Shown in pieces: positions 47,501-57,935 of a DNA stretch of 64,000 nt. The notes under the pieces were generated by a model. It saw only the letters and a list, made by a program, of their open reading frames with translations. It did not search any database and had not been told where the DNA came from. A program made the position numbers and the translations under genes. Every line of letters starts with the position of its first letter. The first letter of the stretch is position 1. The DNA is from Yuukianura sp. NJ FZ-2021 (lineage: Eukaryota): contig CM102289.1 of NCBI GenBank assembly GCA_046563655.1, positions 620,001-684,000 of the forward strand, in the 5' to 3' direction.

Positions 47501-48318
47501 TTATTTGAATGTGTGAGTGCTTGAGTTCCCCCTATTTCTAAGATTTAATTTCTAAATTTTAGTCATAAACTTTCATTTCCAAATTTCCCTTGAAATTTAG
47601 TCTTCAAATTCATCTTCCTAGAATTTCGTTCAAATTTTAGTTGTAGTTTCCCTTTCTCCTTGAATTCAATTCTAAAATTCATTTTGTTTCTCTCCCTAAA
47701 ATTAGTGTAAATTTTAGTTAAAAATTATTTCCCCTCTAGTAGGTTCCAGAGCCCCCTTAGCTTCCCCCTCAAGAAGGTTCCAGTGACCCTAAGTACCCAT
47801 TTAGGTAATTAGGATTTAGTTTAGTGTGATGTACTGCGTACATCAGGTGGGAGTGTTAGTGGCTCTGGTGGATTTCATAATTTGTCTTTGGTTGACATTG
47901 GAAGTCAACCAAGGGCAAATTATGAACTCATAAAAAAGAGTGAGACGTCAAGGCCGGGGTCAGTGTTGACTTTGAGAGGTCAGTGTTGACTCTGGCTGGA
48001 GACCTATTGGAGGAGTGTTGACTTTGCTGTGGACAAAGTTAACACTCCTCTTGGCCTTGACTGTGGACGCGTGTGGCGTTGACAGAGAGCCACACAGAGA
48101 GAAGCAGATCGTGTCCAGCCACTGAGCCACCAACATCTCTCTCTCCCTCCCGTCTGTCTGTGTGTGTGATCACAATTATTGTTAGTTTTAAGAAATCTTT
48201 AACCTTGAGCAAATAAAAGTGCTCATAAAATTGGATTTGCTGTGTCACACATCGTTTTCTCAAATTCAAACAATTGACAGTTCAAGGTTAGGTCCCTGAA
48301 GTGACCAAGTCACAAACA
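41568..48318 (+). mobile_element. Full-length BEL/Pao LTR retrotransposon
   Basis: LTRs 41568-42033 and 47854-48318 (TG..CA, few differences), 5-bp TSD CTCTG, purine tract aggtgggag before the 3' LTR. Confidence 0.96.
42186..47483 (+). CDS. BEL/Pao gag-pol polyprotein, 1765 aa
   Basis: DUF1759-like gag, triple Cys-His knuckles, FLDSGS protease, RT (RIVFDAS, LVDN), LHGFCDAS RNase H, DYAG/DGGRNF integrase. Confidence 0.95.
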   Translation: MVKSEIDMLGSDIAFASNSILTFQNRYGGWLTPGRSVTTAEIQLTWDEVKELQAEVKGLRRRWFSLPDDEDKTKAELGESLATLENSVFSILVKVGEIHRKRMESNKAATDALGRSSPFRLEKLSVPKFNGRVEEWQDFEDLFKSAVSSNPGLSDADKIAYLKQALTGDASSIVSRFPTTNSSFNEAWELVVKRYSNLREIVFAHMRKFFDLHTVPDSATGLRQLCDVINECVRSLKNLKVPVEHWDLVFIFVGLQKMDPMSRKEWLLVQGSDLPKLPKFLEFFETRATALADSHSKKTCPKVKSESKSDSKSANFSSGIKPTSPSGSNAEPTASGSSTKCDLCGESHFLFQCSTFKKLNVKDRLDFVRKSRRCFNCFRKSCSAEKCEREKCKKCSKPHHTLLHFEQKKQTATSTHQSSSEATSGSQVDTTVQSPSVNQTSSGHCSPENNSAHVVLMETVLVDVLDSNGDKQQCRVFLDSGSESHFVSEQCVDRLGLPREKTCVNICGIGGATAETSRGLVTLKIFSHLNNYSVQFKALVLKKVTGSKLPRSTITSSLNYLGEIELADSTFASPGPVDILIGAPLIVEFNRPGLIRGPKGFPSARNTVFGWVLSGVAPSDSSCANNVQVLHSRCSKDDRCIDSTLKKFWELEEPCAVPQPTTKEDEQCEKWFQSSVRKLETGEYSIGLPFVSGFSGLGSSRAAALRRLTSVEKSLAKNPEMLISYHQQFREYISKGWLVTVPVSDLQNPNSYYMPHHVVTKEDSTTTKYRIVFDASAKSSNGLSLNSVLKTGPKLQVDLVPLLLHFRTHIVAMSADITKFYNCFSIHSDDSNYQRLLYRPSPSDPVRDMKMTRVTFGVAPAPFLAIRCLHQLADDNFEKYPAACQVIKKEFLVDNLLSGAPSVDEAIQLQQELLSVMRFGKLELRKWTSNSPIVVSSVTSENQAKSHTLEITEDGTVKTIGLLWNPSLDTFSVKLNSNLHSNSPSKLPGPIPVSTTKRKVLSSIARIFDPLGWLSPVIIRPKILMQKLWKANLDWDSPLPDDLLDEWYNYTIDIVRLNSFFVPRCVVHSNLTSTEFELHGFCDASISAYSACVYLKVFSSTVPPIVNLLCAKTCVAPVKGETIPRLELCGAVLLAKLMTTVISSLQLHISSINCWCDSTCVLNWINSDKKLDIFVHNRVRKISSLLPSAEWNHVDGDENPADCASRGITVFQFLKHPLWLHGPEWLQKSAPMATTNNTSQVVTPSNWFFETVGAFIQKCDSFLKMKRSVAVWIRYVNNLNPKCESDTGPLKVQELDHALIVLVRCVQLETFSGELDWCKRKNTSPSTVKSLTPFVDVSGVLRVGGRLRHSFWSYDQKHPILLPRSHHFTTCVVRHVHQSNNHPGPQLLLSLVRDKFWIPNGPKVCSSVVRKCIICHKVSPKVLGQKMGQLPMSRVTPTLPFTHVGVDYAGAFHVNATPGRNPRLLKAYVAVFVCLAVKAIHLEFVSDLSTPAFLSAFDRFVSTRGCPSKILCDGGRNFLGAKNEIEEFQQFVTSTSHVDQVSKFFVDQNVEFVINPPYAPHFGGIFEAGVKSMKSHLHRVAGDRRLSIEEFWTLLKRIEATLNSRPLTPMSSDANDFSALTPGHFLIGRSLKAAPQMNLDGFKVHQLTRWQHVQQMAQHFSRRWSSQYLQSLQKTPKWFAEQENLGVGTLVLLNDSDSDLGPQKWTLGRITAVYPGKDNLVRVCDVNVPVIDAKGNVTIKTYNRPIVKVSPVPIDDGTYTYAYKS

Positions 48319-51041
48319 CTCTGGATCTCTGCGGAAGTGATGGTGACGGATTCCGTAGCAACTTTCACTACGTTGACGAGACCTTCGTCGTCGTCGTCAA
48401 AAGTCACGTCATGACCGGAAGTTGGGAAGCGTGAAAGGGCGTCTGCATTCCCATGTTCCGTCGTCTTCCTGTAGTGTACGTCGTAGGAGAACTGCTGTAG
48501 AAACAAACTCCACCGATGTACCCGAATCGCAGCGAAGGACGGAAGTGCCTTATTTTTGCCAAAAATGTGGACGAGAGGCTTGTGGTCTGTCACAAGTGTG
48601 AAGTGGCGGCCTAAAAGATACTTATAGAATTTTTTGCATCCAAACACAATTGACAAAGCCTCTTTTTCGATTTGAGAATATTTTTGCTCAGTTTTGGTAA
48701 GGATTTTTGACGCGTACGCAATTGGCTTTTCCTTACCATCTGCCATTCTGTGGAATAGGACAACCCCTAGACCGATACCTGAAGCGTCGCAAGAGATCCC
48801 AAGGGGCAAATCCTGGTTGTACAAGGTCAGAACTTCAGTAGATGACAGTTTCCGTTTGATTTGGTTGAAAATCTTTGTGTGTTGACTTGTCCACTTCCAG
48901 TCTACGTCATCGTGTGTCAATTTGTACAGTGGTGCTGAAAATTCTGCAAAACTGGGTACAAAACCACGATAAAAATTTACCAAACCCAGAAATGAACTCA
49001 TTTCCTTTTTGTTGGTCGGCTGGGGCATCTCGAGAATCGACTCGACAAGTTTCGGAGAGGCACTGATTCCCTCCGAACTTAGCCTGAAACCAACAAAATC
49101 TACATTTTGACACAAAAACTCACATTTTTCCCTCTTCAGAAAAAAGTTCCGGTCTCGCATCCGCGACAGGATGAGACGCAGCGTGTTGAGGTGGGCGTGG
49201 TCGTCATGTCCAGTACATATGACGTCATCCATGTAAGCACCAGATTTTGGAATTCCGGTGAGCAGCCCATCCATAAATTCCTGGAAAATGGAGGGTGACG
49301 ACGAAATGCCCTGAGGCAGTACGTTGTACTGGTACAGCCCCTTGTGGGTGTTTACAACCAGGTACTTCCTGCAACTTTCGTCTACTGGAATCTGGTGGAA
49401 GGCGTCAGGGCCATCTAATTTTGTGAATTTCTGTCCACCAGAAAGCAAATTAAACAAATCCTCAGTACGAGCAATTGGATACTGATTAATATTCAGTTGA
49501 CAGTTAACAGTGTTTTTGAAGTCGCCTGTTATTCTGACTTTACCATTGGGCTTTAGAACGCAAACTAGAGGTGAAGCCCAGTCAGAATGTTCAACCTTTG
49601 TCAATACCCCTTGACTCACCATTAGATCCAATTGTTCATCCACCTTTGACCTGAGTGCGAACGGAATTGGACGAGCCTTGAGGAATCTGGGTTGTGCGTC
49701 TTCCTTGAGGACAATTTTTGCACGGAAGTCCGTGACTGACCCGGTTGGATTGTCAAAAACCTGAGAAAATTCAGTTAGCACACCTTCCAACGTTAAGTTT
49801 TTAACCTGGTTACAATTCGACAAGTTTTTACCAATTTCAACCCAATTCAGTTTTACCTTCTGCATGAGGTCACGACCCAGCAGAGAAGAACCAGTTGTGA
49901 CTGGAAACTGATGTGTCACATTTTGACCATGGTACGAGACTGTCGTTGTCAACTCACCCTTTGGACGAAAAGTGACATCAGGGTACCCTTTGAAGACGAG
50001 GCTGGACTTTTTCAAAGTCGGAGATCCGAGACTGGCCCAAAAATCCTCCGAGAGCAGACTGTGCTCACAGCCTGTGTCTAATTCAAAGGAATGTGGAACA
50101 CCATTGACAATTAGACTTACGCACAGTTCCTTACGTTTACCATAGTGGACATGGTTGACAGACGAGATGTTTGAAACTTTCCCGTGTCCAGAATTGTCAC
50201 GTTGGGCAGGGACTGACTTTCCCTTGGATCGACAGAATTTGGCAAAGTGACCCTTTTTTCCGCAAGAGTGACAATCGACGTCCTTCTTGTCACAGTCCTT
50301 GGCAGAGGAGTGACGATTGGATCCACAATTTGGACAATTCTTCTTCTGGTTGTGGGTTTCCTGTTGAACATTGTTAGGTTTCGATTTTGACTTACTTTTC
50401 CATTGACCTTTACCACCCTTCCGTTGAAAAACAGCGTTTACGTTCTCCTCCTTCTGGTCCGATTTTCCGTCTCGGATCAGCTGCTGCGACTTAATCGCAA
50501 GTTCGTGCGATTGAGCAAGAGAGAGTACGTCGGCAAGGGAGATGTCATCTTCCTTCGTGAACAGTTGTTTTTGTGCAGCAGCATTTCCTAAACCTAGGAT
50601 AAACTGGTCACGGAGGCGAGTGTCAAGGCAACATGTAAATTTGCATGTAGTTGCCAATTTTCGCAATTCGGCCAAAAATTCAGCAACCGACTCACCATGT
50701 TGCTGTACCCTCTTTCCGAACTTAAAACGTTCAGAAATTACCTTAGGAGACGGTTTGAAGTGCTTGGAGAGTGTATCGATTAGCACTTGCAGTGATTTTG
50801 ATGTAGGATCCTCCGGCGAAAGGAGATCCTTAAGGAGCGTGTAGGTACGCATCCCTAGAGACGAGCAGAAGACGGCCTTACATCTCGTGTCCTGTTCCTT
50901 TTCGTCGATACCGTTAGACAGGAGGAAAAATTTGAATAAGTCCGTCCAGTCGTCAAAGTCATCTTTGTCATGATCAAAGGACGGAACGGAGCCGATAACG
51001 TTTACGAACTGAGTCGTTTTGGAAGAGCTGCCAGAAGCCAT
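48319..51041 (-). CDS. Gypsy gag-PR-RT-RNaseH (5' part of polyprotein)
   Basis: CPNCGSNRH, CHSCGKKGHFAKFC, FELDTG, YMDD, CDAS, EKEALS, NADALSR. Confidence 0.92.
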
Positions 51042-51431
51042 GTTTAGCTGTTCCTCAGATATGATCAGTTATACAACTCACAATGATTAGATAATGTAAC
51101 GTTATGGGGAGAGGTGAATTCCGATTTACCGTGCCCAAATTGTTGACGATTACCGTTATCCAGTTGTGTGGTTGTTGCTGTGACGATGTCGAATCGTTTC
51201 TTTACTAGCCACGCCAAATGTGGTGTCTTTGGCAATTTAAATAAATGTACTTATTTATTTAATCAGACTTAATCCTAAACTAAGTGTGTGGTGAGCGGCA
51301 CTCAGACATTGAGTGCCAAAACTATGTGATTTTGAGAGAGTGGTGGTGACTCAAAGGTAACCGCCACTCTGGACACAAAACTTAACTTACGGGGAAGTTG
51401 AGACTGCGCTGAAAAGCGCAAATACATTACA

Positions 51432-53228
51432 GGCGTACCAGGAGCCCCACTTATAAAAGTTTAGCCGACCGCGGTAGAACTGCCCGCCGAAAAAATTCAA
51501 AAATTTACGGCATTTGGTACTTATAAAACAAGAGTAAGGAGTGTGGCAGAGAGTGCTGCAACTCCTACCTCACCCCTTTCTCTTCCTCTTGTTTCCCCAT
51601 TGAGAACTTTCTCACGGTAGCCAAATCGCTACCTATAAAGAGCTCCGCCCCTCGAGAGTAGAGTGACGTATGTGGTAAATCTACGGACTCTCGAGGGGTG
51701 CTCTAAAGTTACCGCAGTCAATCTTCTATCACTTCAAATAGAGTTCACAATGAAACTAATAGTAAATTTAACTAATTTAAGGTACTTTGTGGTTAAATAA
51801 GGTGATGTTAGTAGTTTGTGAAGTTAAACTGGCTTGTGAGGTCATCATTATCATCACTACGTTCATGAGCAGCACACTTCCATTTGTACTAGGTAATAAC
51901 AATTGGGTTCCCATAAGGAACCCGTTCATTTGGCCAATAAACGTCAATTCGCGAATGTGAAGTCACCATTCAATTAAATTGTCATCCAGAGATTGTCAAA
52001 GGTCACTGATCGTTATCGCTAGTTGTCATTTTCATTACATTGTCCTAAGGTGCTGTGTAGGTTAGCTGAAGGGAGCTCTATCTGGTTAGGAGCATGTCAT
52101 GATCAGTTAAACACAATAGTTATCGATATGACCATTGTTGAGTGATTAGTGGGTATAGTAATCATTGTTAGTGGCTATTGTCATAAACATGATGAAGCAG
52201 CTGATCTCTGTTTTGTTTTGAAACTGAAATGTTTTGGAGCTGCGGAGTCTGCGTACTCCCCTCCAACCCCTCCACCTCACCTAACTCGGAGAAAAGTTCC
52301 TCAAATCTACCACAATGAGGGAAAGTGTTTTATAAGTAAGGAAATCCGAGTGCGGTAAGTGATTCGGCTAAACTTAGGCTATGCCAAAGTTAGGCTAGCC
52401 TATGTTTATAAGTAGGCTTCCAGTACACCGATGCCCCTAGATGGAACGTTACCAACCTATCACTTTCAAATTTATCGTCGGGAAGTGTTACGTTTAATGT
52501 GGCGTTCATGATTGAGTTGAAATGAGCTTTGACCTTTGCGCTAGGGTCCAAAAAAGGCATTTTAACCTCGATCTCCCGAGGTCGGAGTTTAGCAACCGTC
52601 AGAAGCAACCGTTCAGATAAAACATCCTCCATGTCCAACGTAACTGTTGTTGCACTGGGAAAGATACTTTTAAAATTGTCTAAAACTGTGTCGTCAAGTT
52701 TACATCCGATTAGTGTCAAGTTTTTTAAATTTGGCAACGGCCGCACTCGTTCGTTTGTGGATCTAACTTCAACAAAATACAATTCTAATTCGAATAATGA
52801 CTCCATTCCAAGTGTATCTATGTAAATTACAGGGCATTCCTCATCAAAATTCTGACAGTTGATCACAAAGACCCCCAGTTCATAACTATTCAAAATGTCA
52901 TCTACTGTAGGGTTCCACAGATATGCATTGTGTAGGGACAAAGAATAAAAATTTTTGGATAAATTGAAAACACTAAGATCGAGGTCGCCATATTGAACTG
53001 TAACTGATTCTAATTTGGGGAAGTATCGCAAGTGAGGTGGAGCAGAATTATAACGGAAACTGATGGATTTTGTTACAATTGTGACGAGTGATTTCGCGGG
53101 AAGAAGTGCGACGTCAATTGCTTCAGGAACTTTGCTATAAATTGTAAGGTTTTCAACTACAACTGCTGACTTTAAAATTTTTGACATAGTGCCGCTGACG
53201 AGGTCAATGTCATACAACCACAAAGTTT
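51432..53228. repeat. 1.8-kb direct duplication, copy B (includes the TIR element at 51439-52423)
   Basis: Near-identical to 38579-40373. Confidence 0.95.
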
Positions 53229-54122
53229 TGACCGAGTTCAAGTTCAGTGACTCGACATCAATTGTGCAGCCTCTTGCAGTGAAGGTTTTAACGTTTGTCA
53301 TCATGTGGTACAGCAGATTCGAAAAGGTGAAACCTCCCATGTATTTCACTGTTAACTCTGAATTCCTTAAGTTCACAGAAGGCCCATAACCCGAATCAAT
53401 GCTAACATCCAAATCCTGGAGCATGGCTACTTCCCCATATAGTAGTGCTCTTCGATTTGAAAAAAAAGACATGATCGATATTAGGATTTCAGTTGGGCTC
53501 AAAAAATTGTGCGGATAGTAGGAATTTACAAATTCAATTGTTTTGAGACTTGGAATATAAATATTTCCCAACCACATTTCAGGTGGTTCCCAGTCCCACT
53601 CTACATTGATGAACCTCAAAGTTGTCAAACTGTTACAATTCCGTACGAATTTAGCAAATGTGGATAGTTTCACGCCCAAGTATTTTAATTCCAGTGTTAT
53701 TAATCCGTAGTGACAACTCGTCGTTCGGAATTCTTTTCCTCCCACGATGTGTATTTCTACTCCCGTGAAGTCCTCCAGAAAAGTTTTGTTTCCAGTGACT
53801 ATGAGTGTGTCCCTTCAAAAACAATTGCAGTACATGTATATTAAACGTATTGTACAATTATCTATTGTATTTTCCTGTTTATGAATAATTGCACGTTATA
53901 TATTTTTATATTAACATATCAGATATTAAGCTCCCGCTTAGCCTCAGTTACATAGTGATTCGAAGTATGTCGCCTTCGTATTTACTAAGCCAGCAAAACC
54001 TAACCTAACTGCAAAGCCAAAAGAAAAGCATTTTAAAATTACCAATCAAAACTTCGCGTATACGTTTCAGCCTTCACTTCAGACGTGAACAAAAACACTA
54101 GAAAACTTAGGAACAAATGCAT
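52424..54122 (-). pseudogene. LRR-GPCR copy 3, 5' part (signal peptide exon 54122-54043; LRR exon from 53812); could give a truncated secreted LRR protein ending at 52390
   Basis: MHLFLSFLVFLFTSEVKA signal; GNKTFLEDF, KVPEAIDVA, SAPPHLR and DEECPV are shared with copies 1 and 2. Confidence 0.8.
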
Positions 54123-54613
54123 AATGCCAAAATTTCAAAGATGACTTCACGCGACAAAATTTCAAAGATGACTTAGCGCGACAAAATTTCAAATGGCGCG
54201 ATAAAATTTTGGTTGCTCTCCACACCCATCCGTTTTCTGGCGACAGAACAGGAAAGTACTAACGTCTTAAAGTAATTTTGACAAATAAAAATTAAAGTTC
54301 AACTCGCTTACGTCAAACATTTTCAAAATTTAAAACAAAAAAAAATTGAAAATACACTAATTACCAATACCGGGCGATCATTAGGACGCGGAAAAATTAG
54401 TAGGTTAAATGATTATTTCCCGCCATCAATTTTTTTCGTGAAAAAAAGAAACCATAAACTCTACAGTTTTTTTTTCATTTATAACAATTTGAGTAATGAA
54501 GCAAAAAAATTAATGTTGGATTTTTCTGTATGTAAATTCAAAAAGTTAGAACAAGTGCTAAACTTTTGAGCAGATAATTTTATTTAGACACGGAAAGCAC
54601 ACATAATTTTTTT

Positions 54614-55562
54614 TTAGAGCTTGTGATGGTGGTGGTGTTGCGTCTTCTTCTTCTTGCAAACCTGTTGAACAAAAATTCAAAAAATTTGAAAAATGTCAAA
54701 TTTCAGAAAAATCTTTCGAATTTTTTAAAATTGTCTCTACCTTGACGATAAATGACCAGATACACTTGGAGAGTGGGATGAATGACTTGCATTTGTCGTC
54801 AGTAGAAAGAGTTTCATTGAGTTTGGAGTTGCAATCAGCGATTCCGGTGGTTATTTCCTCACGCGCTGATTTTGGAAAGCTTCCCTCAACATGCTTCTCA
54901 ACAGCGTCCATGTCCAACTGCCCGTCCTCAAGCAAGTTCAGCTTTTCAAATTTACAGGCGGCAAAACACTATACAAATTCAAAAAGTTCAAAATTTCAAA
55001 ATTCCTGCTTTTCAGATTCTAAATTTCAAAATTTCAAAATTTCGAAACTCACAGCATCCGGCCTGGGGAACTTGTGGTAGTTTCTGACGTGTTTGTGATG
55101 GTGTTCTTCGGTAGATGGCGCTTCCGTGGGCTGGCGTGCCTTTAACGCCTTCCAGCAAGTTTTGTGCGCCGTCTTTGCTTCATTGGAGAATGTCATGTCC
55201 TTGCCTTGACACTGGAACTTGTGATGACGACGATGGTGATGTCCATGGTTTCCATGGTGTCCGTGATGTCCATGATGGCCGTGATGTTCCTCATCGCCTT
55301 CCTCAAGTTGATGTTTGGTTTTTTCTTCTACTTCTTCTTTTTCCTCATGCTTATGATGGGAAACGAATTTTCCCGACTAAGATATTTCGAAAACAAATAT
55401 TTTCAAAGACCATTTAATTTTTTTTTTTGCAGAAACTTTTTCAACAGACCAACGTTTGAAATTTTTGTACAAACTTTTGGAAATTTTGATTTTTTTTGTC
55501 CTTACCACACTGCATGCTACCGACAGCCCAATGGCGAGCAGGATGAAAACCTTGGAGTTCAT
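54614..55562 (-). CDS. Odorant-binding-protein-like protein with His-rich extensions, 4 exons
   Basis: Signal MNSKVFILLAIGLSVACSV; HHG-repeat tract; C..CFAAC..EDGQLD..C..CKSFIPLSKC OBP cysteine spacing; C-terminal HHHHH. Confidence 0.75.
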
Positions 55563-56032
55563 TTTTTGAAAATCCAAAAGGAGGAACTGAATGACCGAGA
55601 AAAATGCGCACAACTCCGTTTTATGCTGCTGCTAATTCCGGTTTAACATTTGGAATTTTGCTAAAATCATAACAAACTTCCGTTTCTTTAGAAATTTTGT
55701 ACACGAGGAGCTATTGAAATTGAACTTTCAATTGATTGACCTTAAACTTCAATTGACGTGACCTCATGGAAAAAATGATGCAAAACAAATTGGCCACGAG
55801 TGAGTTCCGGTTAGCTAAAATTTAAAACTCACACGTAATATTTTTTAAAACATGACGCAAGTTAAAGTTTAATTGTTGTCTAAAAAGTGGACAAATTTTT
55901 GTACAAACTAACACAATAAATTACTAATATGCAGATTCTATGATAAGGTCAATAAGTTACAGCATGATGAATTTTGAACTTTCATAATTTCTAACTTCAC
56001 TTTTCAAAATTCCAGCCTTCCTTTCAAAATGT

Positions 56033-56375
56033 CTAACTTTTCGAAAAGGCTTTACAAGCAGCACTCCACTTTAGCTTCATTGTTTGTGCACATCCTGTAA
56101 TTTCTTCGTTTTTCCGCATATCCAGTGGCACATTTGAATGCTTTCACTTTCGTTTTTAAACAGGATGTCCAGTAACATGAAGTTTCTGGATTGACTTCAC
56201 CTACTGCAAATTAAAAAAAAAAAATTGCAAAAAAAAATTCCCTAATTTCAAAAAAATCAATTCAATTTTAGTTGAAGTTTTATAAAGTACCTTCTAACAA
56301 AACGGCTGGAGATCCGAGAGAAAGCGACGCTAGGAATTGCAGGATGACAAAAATTGTTAAAAATTTTAGATTCAT
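56033..56375 (-). CDS. Small secreted Cys-rich peptide (possible 1-nt frameshift); exons 56375-56291 and 56203-56033
   Basis: MNLKFLTIFVILQFLASLSLG + ...CYWTSC...CATGY...GC; a shifted frame ends NEAKVECCL*. Confidence 0.6.
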
Positions 56376-57146
56376 TTTCAAATTTTCAAATTGCCAAAAA
56401 TTGAAAAATAGTCAGAAATATTTTAGAATGAAGAAACGAGAAACAAAGCAAAAGTGAAACTGATCTGAACTTGTCTCTGGTGCATTTTTCTTATGAATGT
56501 ATGTCATATTTTTTCGCATCATTGCATTAAATTTTAAGTCGGTCATCACGCTCAATCAAAAGTGAAACTCGTTTTTCCGTGTTTCTTTTTGTGGTTCAAT
56601 GCCAAAAACATTAACTTTTTCACACCTTTTTCTAGTGATTTGCATTGGTCGTATGTTTTCCCAGTCGAGCATGATGAACTACTGAGGAGTTCAGATTTAA
56701 TTAAATTCAGTATTTGCTTAATTTATCACAATGTATTAGTTAATTAATACTTATTATGAATTAATTTATATAAATCACGTATTTAGTCCAAATTGAATCC
56801 AATGCGTGCGACGCAGTCACCTTCGAAGTACGACGCATCTGACGTATCCGCTTTATCCGAGGAATAGTTTCACATCAAACCGAGATTTTTGCGTTTTTTT
56901 TTTACAGTTTCAAACGCAAAAGAAACGAAATCCCTTGACTTAAGGATTAGTTGATACAATTGCGACCATACAGAGTAGCCAACTGGCCTACCTTGGTGGC
57001 TACGGTACATGGCAACCAGTAAATGACAATTTATGTAAATGTTTTAAACTAGTCTAAAGTGGCAACATAACTTGTCGTACAGTGTAGCCATTATGGCTAT
57101 TAAAGCATTGTAGGTACCAGCACAATGTACTACACTGTGTAAGTAC

Positions 57147-57770
57147 CAGAGATGGGAATGGGCAGCGTTTCCGGGCGCCCGCCCTGTTCAACTTCGGAGT
57201 TGGGCACCCAAATTGAAAGCTCGCTCGCCCGGCTGAATTTTCAAAAATGCCCGCTCGCCCAGTTGACCAATTGGTCAGGTCGAACAAAAACCCGCCCACC
57301 CAATTGAACCCTATACAGTCCAATACAATACAGATCTATTCATTTTTTTTACTTTTCTACTCATTTAGCTATAGTTGTGTCTGAAAGTAATACTACTGAT
57401 GAAGAGCCGTTCGCTCAGCTGTGCTCTTTTTGCATTTAAAATAGTTCCAGTGGTGGAAAAAACACTTTCATCGGCTGCTTGATAATTATTGAAATTAGAG
57501 AAGTGAATACTTTGAAAGTTTAACTGCGGCGCCGCGAATTTGCTGCTGAGAAATGGGAATGGGATTTGAGAAATCAAGAGCCAGTTGGGCAAAATATTTG
57601 AGTTGGGTCCCATTTCGTCTTTCACAAAAAACCCTCCCTGTTCACTAAATAAAGATGAAAAGCTCGCTCGCCCACGCCCAACTCAATTTTCGGCTCGCTC
57701 GCCCAAAACCCAGTTGAACAGGGTGAGCAACAGGGCCCCAGTTGGGTACAGGGTCCCATTCTCATCTCTG
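57147..57770. mobile_element. hAT-like MITE (624 bp)
   Basis: 16-bp TIRs cagagatgggaatggg / cccattctcatctctg; perfect 8-bp TSD gtaagtac. Confidence 0.88.
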
Positions 57771-57935
57771 GTAAGTACGACCATGCTAGCTAAGCCGGCA
57801 TGCAACCGGAAATGTAAACAAAAACAGGCTTCTTCAGTTCTCAATCTCACATAAGTTCACCGTATAGGTTTTAAACGTAAAGTTTAATTAACTAGACTAA
57901 TTAAGGTTGTTAATTACTCAACGAGTTAGTTAATC

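Larger units (their letters stand above)
40374..51431 (-). mobile_element. Gypsy LTR retrotransposon (Mag-like), 3' LTR missing, interrupted by a BEL/Pao element
   Basis: 5' LTR 51431-51219 (TG..CA) followed by a TGGCG.. PBS-like sequence; gag (2x CCHC), PR (LDTG), RT (YMDD), RNase H, integrase (HHCC, DDE). Confidence 0.92.
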
